From: a virus
Taxonomy: Duplodnaviria > Caudoviricetes
Length of the DNA: 53,697 nucleotides
IMG/VR virus record: IMGVR_UViG_3300037125_000089
Span: 1 to 53,697 of that record
Direction: 5' to 3' (one strand)
Within the stretch, counting starts at the first letter, position 1, and the number at the start of each line of letters is the position of its first letter. A program made the translations under genes and the position numbers. The notes below the pieces were generated by a model. It made no database searches. It had not been told where the DNA came from and saw nothing but the letters and a program-made list of their open reading frames with translations. Below, piece by piece: positions 36,562 through 47,900 of this stretch.

Positions 36562-36926
36562 TGGCAGAGAATGAAAGCAGTATCAGTGTTGCATACGAAA
36601 CGCTTCCGATTTTATTTAAAGGAAATAAGAGAGGTCTGCTTCAATATATTTCAGTTACAGAATATAAATCAAGCGTTGATCTAAATTTTACTATTCATTT
36701 TAGACCATTTGACAACGGTTATTATATAGAAAAAACCTATACTTTACCAAAATCATTAGAATTCGAAGATGAGAATTATTTAACAAAAGATTTTTTTCAA
36801 ATGCTGCCACCGGGATTTTTAGTTAAAGAGTATTATGTAAGTATAACCGGTAACGTGAACGGATATATAGAAATAAAAGATTTTTTAGTAGAAGGAGAAA
36901 TAATTAGTACGGGCAGATATGGCTAA
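36561..36926 (+). CDS. Probable tail protein, resembling the C-terminal domain of a nozzle protein
   Basis: ISVAYET...KR....ISV.EYKS beta-sandwich pattern; TAATG overlap. Confidence 0.5.
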   Translation: MAENESSISVAYETLPILFKGNKRGLLQYISVTEYKSSVDLNFTIHFRPFDNGYYIEKTYTLPKSLEFEDENYLTKDFFQMLPPGFLVKEYYVSITGNVNGYIEIKDFLVEGEIISTGRYG

Positions 36927-37182
36927 AATTAAAAGAAAAATTACAATATCTGATAATCAAATTGAACAAGAAATTGATAATATTACAAGACAAGTAGAAA
37001 ATATGTTTTCAAGTAAACTCTCAAGAGTTGATAAGTTGCCTGATATTAATTCAATAAACGAAATGGATGAATTTCTTTTGTTACAGAACGAAAATTATTT
37101 GAGAATAATAAGAATAGAAGATAATTGGTTTCAACAAAAAGTAGACGAAAACAATATTGTTTACTATGAAGTATATTCTTAG
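36919..37182 (+). CDS. Hypothetical virion-module protein
   Basis: Overlaps the end of the upstream ORF. Confidence 0.65.
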   Translation: MAKIKRKITISDNQIEQEIDNITRQVENMFSSKLSRVDKLPDINSINEMDEFLLLQNENYLRIIRIEDNWFQQKVDENNIVYYEVYS

Positions 37183-37191
37183 GAGGATAAT

Positions 37192-37761
37192 ATGCCACTG
37201 AATCCAGCAGGTCCATTAAATGATGCTTTTGACGCAGCTTATGGTTTAAATGCAATAGTTGGAAATAGATTTGATGATTTTAAATTTGATTTTGATTACA
37301 ACAACATGAATGATGTTCTCAAAAGCATTTATGGAAATCAAACCAATTTGATAACTCGAAAAGCGAATAAATCGATTGACGATGCTAATAAATCTGCTAT
37401 TTCAAGGTTGGCTTCCAGCGGAATTACAGACGGAGCAATTCTTGAAGATACTATTGCCGGTAACACATATGATATAGGCGAAAGTTTATTTGATTCATTA
37501 GAAAGCCTAACTACATCTCAAGCAAGTGATACTATAGATTTAATGAATCAAGAAAATCAAAATAAATATCTAACTACTAAAGCCGCTCAAGATGTAGATT
37601 TTCAAAATATAACCAATCAAATCAATAAGATAAGAACTTTATTATCATCTGCATCAGTACTTGAGAACAAAAAATTAGCAGCAGGAAACCAAACGGGAAT
37701 TTGGGATGATATTTTATCAACAATACAATCCGGTTCGAATGTAGCTTCGTTATTCGTATAA
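37192..37761 (+). CDS. Probable internal virion (ejection) protein
   Basis: AGGAGG RBS; helical, SRLASSGI...G motif; first of three genes of increasing size ending in the giant gene. Confidence 0.6.
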   Translation: MPLNPAGPLNDAFDAAYGLNAIVGNRFDDFKFDFDYNNMNDVLKSIYGNQTNLITRKANKSIDDANKSAISRLASSGITDGAILEDTIAGNTYDIGESLFDSLESLTTSQASDTIDLMNQENQNKYLTTKAAQDVDFQNITNQINKIRTLLSSASVLENKKLAAGNQTGIWDDILSTIQSGSNVASLFV

Positions 37762-37799
37762 ACATTTTGAAAATTATTATAATAAAAATCGGTTAAAAT

Positions 37800-38963
37800 A
37801 TGGGCGATTGGGCTAAAGCTTGGATGAGACAAGGTCCTGGAGTTACAGAATCAATAAGATATCTTAAATATCTACAAGACCAAGCAAATAAAAAAGAAAA
37901 CACAAAAAAGTTGAATGATTTGTTTTCTTCAAGTTTGGGGAATATTAATAGAATAAACCAAAGTATAAATAATCCTACTGAAGAAATAACTACTGAAGGA
38001 TTTAGTGATTATGTTTTAGGTGATATTCAAACAACGGCTCAAAAGAATACTGCAGGAACAAATGAAACTATAAACTTTCTTCAAAAAGCTTTACAAGTTG
38101 AAAATCCAGATATAAATCAAGCCGGAAGTATGTTTGATATTCTCAATAAATTTGTTACACCAATTTCTTCTCAAAGACAAAAAACTCAAAAGGACCCTTA
38201 TAAAGCCGGAAAATATATTTATGGAAGAAAAGATGATGATTCAATTGATTTTAGTAAACCAATCCATACAATTGAAGAAAGTGATGATATAAAAGACCCG
38301 TATAGGTTTTCGGATTATGTCTTCGGCAGGGATGAAGATGGTAATGTAGATTTTTCAAATATTCTATTCAAAGCACCGGATAAAACAGAAGATGAAGAAT
38401 ACCCGGATATTTCTACAGATTTAGGAACGTTACAGCAGGGTATTAAAATAGTTAAAGATATTAAGAAAACACCTTTTGTAAAATACAGCAAAACTGATCC
38501 TAGGTTTGAAAACTATCCATCAGAAGAAACGTCTGGTGAACAATTATTGGAGGAAATTGAATATTTACGCGATAAAGGTTTATCCGATGAAGAAATATTT
38601 GCAAAAAAAGGGTTAGGTAATGTATTTAACACACTTGATGAAATATCCGACACAGAAGATATTATTCAAATTCCCGAATACGGCGGTGCATATTTTTTAA
38701 ATGACGGAAGTAAAACAAAGGGATATTTTACACAAGAATCTTTCGACAAATATAAAGAAAGTGTTAAAAACAAGTATGTTGATACAGCTAATAAAATTAT
38801 TTACAAAACCGGATTACAGGATGCTGTTGAAATTATTCGCGAACAATTAAAAAAAGGAAGACCGCTTGATAAAGTTTTAGAAGCATTTATGAAAGGTGAT
38901 TCTTCACTTACTAAGGACGATGCAGATGTATTACGAGCATATTTTAGGTTAATGAGTTTGTAA
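37800..38963 (+). CDS. Probable internal virion (ejection) protein
   Basis: Position before the giant gene; internal KDPY repeat. Confidence 0.6.
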   Translation: MGDWAKAWMRQGPGVTESIRYLKYLQDQANKKENTKKLNDLFSSSLGNINRINQSINNPTEEITTEGFSDYVLGDIQTTAQKNTAGTNETINFLQKALQVENPDINQAGSMFDILNKFVTPISSQRQKTQKDPYKAGKYIYGRKDDDSIDFSKPIHTIEESDDIKDPYRFSDYVFGRDEDGNVDFSNILFKAPDKTEDEEYPDISTDLGTLQQGIKIVKDIKKTPFVKYSKTDPRFENYPSEETSGEQLLEEIEYLRDKGLSDEEIFAKKGLGNVFNTLDEISDTEDIIQIPEYGGAYFLNDGSKTKGYFTQESFDKYKESVKNKYVDTANKIIYKTGLQDAVEIIREQLKKGRPLDKVLEAFMKGDSSLTKDDADVLRAYFRLMSL

Positions 38964-38983
38964 TAATAGTTACAGGTTGCAAG

Positions 38984-41900
38984 TTGACAAGTTACTTGAA
39001 AAGAAGAAAATTCAAACAAATAGATTTTGATAAGTATTTCTCGCAGGAGATAGTTGATAGTAGTTCCTCCTTTGATAAATCTGTAGATGTAATGAATGCA
39101 CCTCCTGAAGATGATTTTTTTTTATCGACTATAAATAACCTTCATTCAAAAAAAAAAGATGACCGCCAAAGAATTAAGTTAAAAGATAAAGAAGAAAAGC
39201 TATTCCAAGAATTTTGGAAATCTAACCCTAATGTTCAGGCATGGAAAAAGAATTTAGGCAATCTAAATAAATCTCCAGATGATGAACTTGATAAATATGA
39301 CTATAGAAAAGCATGGCAAGCCGGCGATGAACCTCAAATAAATCCTGTTGATAATCTTTATCATTGGGGGAGTATAGGAAAAGATGAAGATCATCCAACT
39401 GCTTGGAAGCAGAAATATTTTGAACAGACAGGTTTAAACCCGGATGAGTTGTTATTTAATAAAAACAAAAACATTAAACCACCGTTATTTGATACGGCTA
39501 TTCAAGAAACAACAAAACAGCCGGCATTATTAGCTGATGATATTACCGAACCAAGAAAGCCTTTTCAACCTTCTATTCAACAACATGAATTAAACAGAAT
39601 ACCTGAAGATGATATTGTTAATAATATCAATTTAATCGACAAGCAGTTGCCAATCTTAAAAGCACAGTTTGAAAAGGCTGATGAAATTAATAAATCTGAA
39701 TTAGCACAAAAGTATAATTCTTTGATAGATCAAAGAAATAAGCTTGTTGAAAATTATTATAAAATATTTCCCGGGCAAAAATATTTGGCCAAAGGTGTTT
39801 TGGAAGCTGTTAATCTTCAAAATATAATTAGCCCTCTTAAACAGATACAACGAACGCCAAAACCTTTAACCGCAAATGAAGAGTACATTCCTAAAAAAAG
39901 TAGTTTAGAAATAATACCAAAAGGTAAAGACCCATTATTTGGTTTGGAATATAAGGGTTTACGAATTCCGCTAAATACCCCGGGCGGAAGGTTAATATCA
40001 TCATTTGTACAAGGCGCCGCAGCAATACCGGAAGGTGTATTCGGCGCTGCAGAGTATTTGGGGGACCAGTTTAATTTCAAAGATGTTAAAGGTGTATCAC
40101 GGAAAACCGCAAAAAATATTAATAGATGGGTAAGGAGTATTGCACCGGAGAATCCTAATTTTGTAGAGGAACTAGCATCAGGAGCCGGTTCGATGGCAAT
40201 ATTTTTACCGTTTGGAATAGGCGCATCAACAGTAGGCCGTTTGTTGGGAAGTACTCCTAAGATAGCTAATCTGTTTGGTGTAGGAGCTGCAACATTTCTT
40301 GAATCAGCTACAGAAGCTGGCCAGGTATATAACGAAAGTAAAAGTGAAGCAGCAGCAGAGAAAACATTTCTTGCAAATATGGTTTTAATAGGCGTGACTA
40401 ATAAGTTCGGTATTTTTGCAGACAGGGTACCTGGATTAAAGAAAATGCTGCTATCTACGCCTTTGGAAGGACTACAGGAAGCCGGCCAGGAAATAATACA
40501 GGCAAAAGCACAAGGAAAAGAACCGGATTGGAACAATGTAATTAAAAGCGCTCAAATAGGTACTATTATAGGCGGCGGTGCAAGTTTTGTGGATACTTCC
40601 ACAAGAGAAAAACCAATTGATGATATACGTGGTAAGAAAATTCCTATTGAATTTGATCCAAAACTTAATGAGGAAATAAATCAAAGAATTGAGGGTTTTG
40701 GTTTAACACCGGAAACAGGACTAAATCAATATGTATTGGATTTGTTATCACCAAAGGAAGCTCAAATAGATATAACTCCGGATAAGTTAACAGATGAGGT
40801 GTTTGGTAAACAAGATAAAAGTGAAAAGGTAAAAGTAAAAAGTAATGAACAAAAAAGAAAAGAAGTTGATGTTGAAGATTTTGTAAGAAAAGCAAACCGG
40901 TTTCAAACTGAAGATATTCCGGGATTAACGGCTGATTTTGATTTGAAGAATATCCACCAGCCAATCGGCAAGACTGGTGAATCCGGGACCAGGAAGTCGG
41001 AAGCAGAAAAGATTTTGGAAAAGGGTAAAGATGTAGAATACAAGAAAATACCGAATATGTTTACACCGGCTCAAGGCGAAACGATATTTAATGAGAACGG
41101 GCAATGGTATAGAGTATATGAATCAGGTACCAGTGCAGAAATGTATGTTCCACCGGAAGAACTTGATGTTAAAATGAAAATAAGTCCAAAAGAAGCTTAT
41201 GATTCATTCAATTTTATGAATAAAAATCTTGCCAAACTTGATTTATTCTTGTCTTCAAAACAAAATGAAAATATTAAAGAAAAAGAACCGAAATCATATT
41301 TGGAAATGCCAAGTTATGAAGATTTTTTAAAAATGTCAGTTGGTGATGTACAGGATTTTGAATTGAATAGATATGAAGAAATGCAATCAAAATTGCAACC
41401 AATTGATGAAAGGATTAAAAATGAAAAAGAAAATCTGAATAATTATAAGGGTAGAAGCAAAGTTAATCAAGGTAAAAGAAAAAAAATTAAAAGTAATATT
41501 AATGAATTAAATGAACAGAAATCCAAAATAAAAGATGAATATGAAAGTAAAGCATTAAATTTTTCATTGGAACTTAGAGAAAGAATATCAGAAAAAGCCA
41601 TAGAGGAAAAAGTTGATTTACCTGAAGATGAAATCTATCAATTGGTAGATGATGTTCTGGTTGCATTGGATCCCCGTTATGGTAAATCTGATTTAACAGT
41701 AGATGAATTAATTTCTGATACGATTGCAGATTATAAGGAGAAAGAAGATAGTAGAAAGAAGACAGATTCAAGTGATAAGTTAAAAGATAGAACTATAGAA
41801 AAACCATCTAAACAAACATTCGAAGAATCTATCCCTTCTCAAAAAACAATTATTGAACAAATAACCGATGAAACAAATGGTAGATATGAAATTGATATTG

Positions 41901-44900
41901 TTGACGGTAAATATAAAGCTATAGATCAAGCATCGGGTAACCCGGTTAGTATTGGAGGAAATGTAACGGATTCCGATGAGTTAATAAAAATACTTAAGGC
42001 TCATGCAAAAAGAAATCCTGAAGCAAACTATGGTTTAAAAAAAGTAGAAGAAAGTGAAGATAGGAGTTCCTCCTTCGATAAATCTACGGCGGAAAGGAAA
42101 GAGACTGATGAAGAAAAGCCTTCAGATGTTGAAGCTTCGGAGGTTATTAATGTTGATGAGATTGAACCTAATGAAAGTATTGATATAGATAAACTTGAAT
42201 CTGAAATAGCTTATAATAAGGGAGTTGTTAAAGAATTAGAATCAAAAATCAAGAATCAAGAATTAAGAAAAACTAATGCTGATGATTTTATTAAAAAAGA
42301 ATATGAAAATATTAAGAATCGAGGAATTTTAACCGATGTAGATAAAATTTCAAATAGAATTTTTAAGAAATCTAAAAAGCAGTATCCAGATAAATCTAAA
42401 GACTATATAAAAATATTTGTTATTGAACAGGAAATTCAAAACGTTAAAAGCCGATCTAAACGGGGGAAGTTGAAAAAGCAACTTCAAGAATTAAGAAGTT
42501 CCTCAGAAAAAGGTGATGAAGGATTAACTACTACTTTTACTCCAGCACAATATTTGAGTGATGTTCCGACACCTAACATAATAAAGGAAGCTACTGCAAA
42601 ATTAGGCGGAATAGATAAATTACAGGAAGCATTTGAAAAAGCTAATAATGATGAGCTGGCAAATTTAGAAAAGGAAAAAGGAACATTGTTAGAATCTTTT
42701 GCACGTCATTATCTTGCAGAGGAAGCTGTGAAAAATATAAAGATTGAAGAAAAGGGAAGTGTTTCAGACATATCAAAGAATTTTAATAAACAGTTGGATG
42801 AATATGTATCCGGTAAGTTAAGAAGCGATGTTATTTTTAATCTTGGAAAACCTTCGAAAGTGCTAAAAAAAACGGGAGTCCCGAATTTAGAAATTTCTTT
42901 AACTCAAAAGGTAATAAAAACCAAAACAGGAAAGCATAATTATCCGGTAGAATCGCTAAAAGATTTACCCGATAGAATAAATGATCCGATAATGGTATTT
43001 CCGTCAAAAACGCAACCAAATTCTAAGGTTGTTCTTACCGGAATAAAATATAAGAACCGCAATTTTGTTGTAGCTTTAAAATTAGATGAGACAGCTTATA
43101 GAGGTAGAAAAGCAATACAGGTAAATGATATAAAAAGTATTTATCCAAAGGATTTTGAAAAAATTATTAACTGGATAAAGGAAGGGAATGTAGATTATGT
43201 AAATAAAAAGAAAGGTCTCAAATGGTTTGAGGACTCAGCGGGCTCCAATTACCCGCAGCGTCAAACCATTCAAAACCTTATTTCGAATATAGCAGATAAA
43301 TTCGAAAAGTCAAGCGGAAAAGATGTTGGGAAGAAAGAGGGTGCGCAAGAAAAAAAAGATTTGCAAGTTACTGAAAAAAGTTTAAGTTTACATAATGAGG
43401 AACAAAGTGATGAAACTAAGTCAAGAAATATCAAAGAAGATACCGACAGAGGACAAGAATTACCTCATGAAAGTTCTGAATCAGGGGGAATATCTGGAAC
43501 TGATAACGAAGGAAAACAGGTTGACAAAGGAAGAAAAGTTGATCAGAAAGAAGTTGATAAAGGTTTACGAAAATCTGAATCAGACATTGAGCGAAGTAGC
43601 AGCACATCTAAATTACCCACCGCAACCAAGTCAGTGGAAGGACAGTCAACCGTTAGTAGAGATGCTGGAGATATTTCCGAACCTTCACAAAAGTCTATGG
43701 TATCAGAATCAACTGAGCCAGGTGACAGGGATGTAGGTGTAAGGGAGTCCTCCTACGCCAAGGCTTCGGAGGATGCTAATTATGATTTACGCAATAAAGA
43801 ACCTATAAGACTTACCAAAAGCCAACGCAGAAAGATAAACGAAAAAGTACGCGAAATTCTTCAATCAAAAAAGGCAGGTGAATTATCTGATGAAGACCGC
43901 GAAATTTTACGTCAATACACCGGTGAAGGAGGTTTATCATCCGGGGAAGGTAAAGGCGCCCTTAACCAGCATTACACAGATTACCCTGTAATTAAATCAA
44001 TTTTTGACGCACTTGATAAGTCAGGATTTGATTATAAAAATGTATTAGAACCGGCAGCGGGTTCCGGTAATTTTGTAGGAATGAAACCGGATAAAAATTG
44101 GACTACGGTAGATATTGATAAAACCAACCATGATGTAACTAAATATTTATACCCGAAAGGAACACATTATAATTTATCTTATGAGCAGTTTAAAGATACC
44201 GGTTATGATTTAGTTATTTCTAATGTACCTTTTAGCGAGGAAAGAGGCGCCGGTAAATTAAATATTAGACCGGATATTAAAGCACTTCATGATTTTTATT
44301 TTATCCATTCATTGGACCGTGTAAAACCAAACGGTTTGATTGTTTTTATTACTTCAAAGGGTACAATGGATAAGGTTAATCAGCAGATTAGAAATGAAAT
44401 ATTAAGTAAGGCCGACTTTATAACAGCATACCGTTTACCAGGAGGTACATTCGAAAAGAACGCACATACAGATGTAATAACCGATATAATTGTGCTGCAG
44501 AAAAGACCGGAAGGATATGAAACTAAAAATGCCGATAAGAATTATATGTTTTCTCAATCCGATAAAGTACTATTTGTAGATGGTGGATTTGTAGGATCAA
44601 ATGACGGGGTGTTTGTTAATATGTTTTATCAGAATTTTCCTGAGAAGATATTAGGCAAACCGGAAATGGGTAAAAATAAGTTATACGGCGGGAAGCTTAA
44701 TCTTAATGTTACGGGTGAACCGGATTTATCAAAGATTAAAATTGAATATGAGCCTTACCGGTTAAAAGAAAAGGAGAAAGGGAGAAAAGGAGAGATTGAA
44801 AAATATTCACGAACTGAGAAGATACCCGATAGGATGCAGGAATTTGAATCGTGGGCAAGTGAAAACGGAACTAAATACAGGATAAGCAGTGATCCGCGGT

Positions 44901-47900
44901 TCAAAGAAAATATTGCGATTAAACCAAATGAAAATAGTGTCTATCATAGAGATTATATCCAGGAATTTAGCGATGTAGAATTAAAAGCAAAAGCTTATAT
45001 AGAACTTCCATTGAATGATAAAAATAGAAATAAAATTATCGGTTTGTATAATCTAAAACAGGTTGCTGATGAAATTCAAAGTAATAAAAAATTCGGTTAT
45101 AAAGAAAAAGTTGAATCGATAATTAAAGAATACCGGGAAAGATTCAAAGTCCATCCTAAGAATGACAAAAAATTAAAAAATTTCTTTAAGGAATATAATG
45201 AAGAATCATTGTTTCATGAGTTATCTTCTTTCTTTACGAAAGACTGGAAGCCTGAATCTGTATTTACAAAGCAGGTAAGATTTGAAAAAAGCGGCGAACT
45301 GGAAATTAATGAAAAATCAACTTTAGCAGAAAAAGCATTATTTAACGAAAATATACACGGTGTAATTAACTTAAAATCATCTAAGTATTTAAGTGAAAAT
45401 GACTTAGTTTCTTTACTTGAACAAGGATATTCAATAATTGAAGAAAGCAAAGTACAAAACGATGTACTTTATTATTCCGGTAACGTTTATAAAAAAATTG
45501 AAGAAGCAGAAGAACTTAAACATAATGTTAATGATGAAGTTTTGGTAGAAAAGCTCAATCAACAGATTGAAGAATTAGAAAATATAAAACCGGAAATAAA
45601 AACCATTGAGGATATTGATATTAAAGGGAATGAATCATGGTTTAAGAATTTTATAAATAAAGTATTCCCCGGATGGATTGAAAATTACAGTGATAAATCG
45701 GACCGTATTCTTATTACTTCAGGATACGGTAAAATTTATGATAATTATTTGAATAACAATCAATTGGTTTCTTTAGAGGAAAAGGATTCACAAGGAAATG
45801 TTAGAAAATTATCAGAGAATGAAATAAAAGCAAGAATTGTAGAGGCAGAGGAAAAAGTAAGGGAAATAAAGGAAGAAATAAAAGATAAGATTAGATCAGA
45901 CCATGAATTACTTGAACAAATTCAGTTTGAATACAATAGAAAATATAAAAATTATGTTAAGCCGGATTATACAAAAGCATCTTATTTAATTGATGATGTT
46001 ATATCTGAATTACCAAAGAAAACACCGAACGGGCAAGATTTTTCCTTAAGAAAGAACCAGATTGACTGGGTTGTTAAAGCACTATATGAAGGCAAAGGTA
46101 TAAATGCCCATGATGTAGGCGGAGGAAAAACTTTTGCAGCAATTACCCTGGCCAGGGTATTAAAGAAAAAAGGAATCGCCAAAAAGCCTGTATTTGTTGT
46201 ACCGGCAAAAACAATAAGGAAGTGGGAAAGGGATATAAAATTTTTATTTCCCAATGCAAAAATATGTAACCTTGGTAATCTTTCTAAAAATAAAAGAAAA
46301 GAAAAATTATACGAGGTTGCGAATAATGAATTTGATTATGTATTGATTTCCCATGAAGGTTTCGGACAGATAAAATTAAATGCCGATGATGAATTAAAAT
46401 ATTTTAATAAAGTAGTTGATGAGAATATAACAGACCCGGAAAAAGTAGGAAGATCAAAAGAATTAGAATTAGAAAAAATAGCAAGATTCAGAGAAATTAT
46501 TAAAAGGTCAAAACGAGATGAGAATTTAACATTTGATAAGTTAGGATTTGATTCAATAGTAGTAGATGAAGCCCATGCATATAAAAATATAGGTATTAAC
46601 GGAGATCTGGTTAAATTTGGAGCCGGTATAGCTTTCGGTGTTAATGTAAATACAAGAAAACTAAGAAAATCAGAAGTTAGTAAGGAGGAATCAGAAGGGA
46701 AATATATTATTACAGATAGCAAAGGAAGTAAGTTTGTACAAAATGTTAATTTAAAATCTGCAAGAAGTTATGATTTCAGATTTAAGTCACAATTTATTAC
46801 GGAAAAGAATAACGGGAAAAATGTTTTTTTATTAACAGCAACGCCTACCCCGAATAAACCAATGGAAGTATTCACGATGTTAAGGCATCTGGATACCGAA
46901 ATACTTCAAGAATACGGAATTCATACAGACAGGGATTTTGCAAATACATTTATGAAGTTCGGTTCAGTATCAAATCCTGTTAAGAAAAAAGGTTATGATA
47001 ACATTGTTAAAGCCATAACAAATGCACAGGAATTAAGAGCTATTCTTGACAGGTATGTTGATAAACTTTCTATGGAACAAATGCCGTGGATAAAATTACC
47101 TGAAGCAAAGGTTAAAACTCATTACATGAAGGCTTCGGATGCAGCAAAAGATATAGCTGATGATTTACGTTCGAGGATTAATAATTTGAAAGGAAGCTGG
47201 AAAATAGATCAAGGTGATGATACAATGCTGGGGATTTATACTACGGGCCGGGCCGGAAGTATTGATCCGAGACTATATGAAAGTACACATGCAGGCGTTC
47301 AGATATTTAACCGTGATATTGACACCGAAACAGATAAAATTGAGTTAGCAGAATCGCAGATTTATGATACATATAAAAAGAATAAGAATTCGGGGCAGAT
47401 TGTATTTCTGGATCATGCGGGCCATACATCAACACACCTTGATGAAAATATTCATTCCGAGATTAAAAAGGATTTAGTTAAGAAAGGTATTATACCGAAA
47501 CAAATTGCAATAATATCGGGACAGGAAATTACTAATCCGCAAACAGGTAAAGAAAGAAAACTCTCCGGAGACAGATTAAATTCAGCCAAACAGGAAATAG
47601 TTGATTTATACAACCAGGGAGAGATTCGAGTAATTATCGGTACAACAAAAAGTGCAGGCGAAGGGATGGATATCCAGGTAAAGACAACAGATATATATCA
47701 TCTGGATATACCTTATACACCGGGAGAATTTCAGCAAAGGAACGGAAGAGGTGTCCGTTACGGAAATGAAAATGATACAGTACGTATTCATTACTATTTT
47801 ATGCGGGGGACATTTGATGAGCTGTCGTTTAATATAGTTGCACGTAAACGAGGGTGGAACGAAGCAATCTGGGATAAGGATGCAGTAAACGAAATTGATA

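Noticed and set aside
39817-40536. 239-aa minus-strand ORF, and the other minus-strand ORFs in the track
   Set aside because: All are antisense to well-supported + strand genes and have no recognisable motifs; explained by codon bias.
43395-43736. 113-aa alternative-frame ORF in the giant gene as an overprinted gene or frameshift product
   Set aside because: It lies in a purine-rich low-complexity linker where open alternative frames are expected; no motif or clear slippery site.
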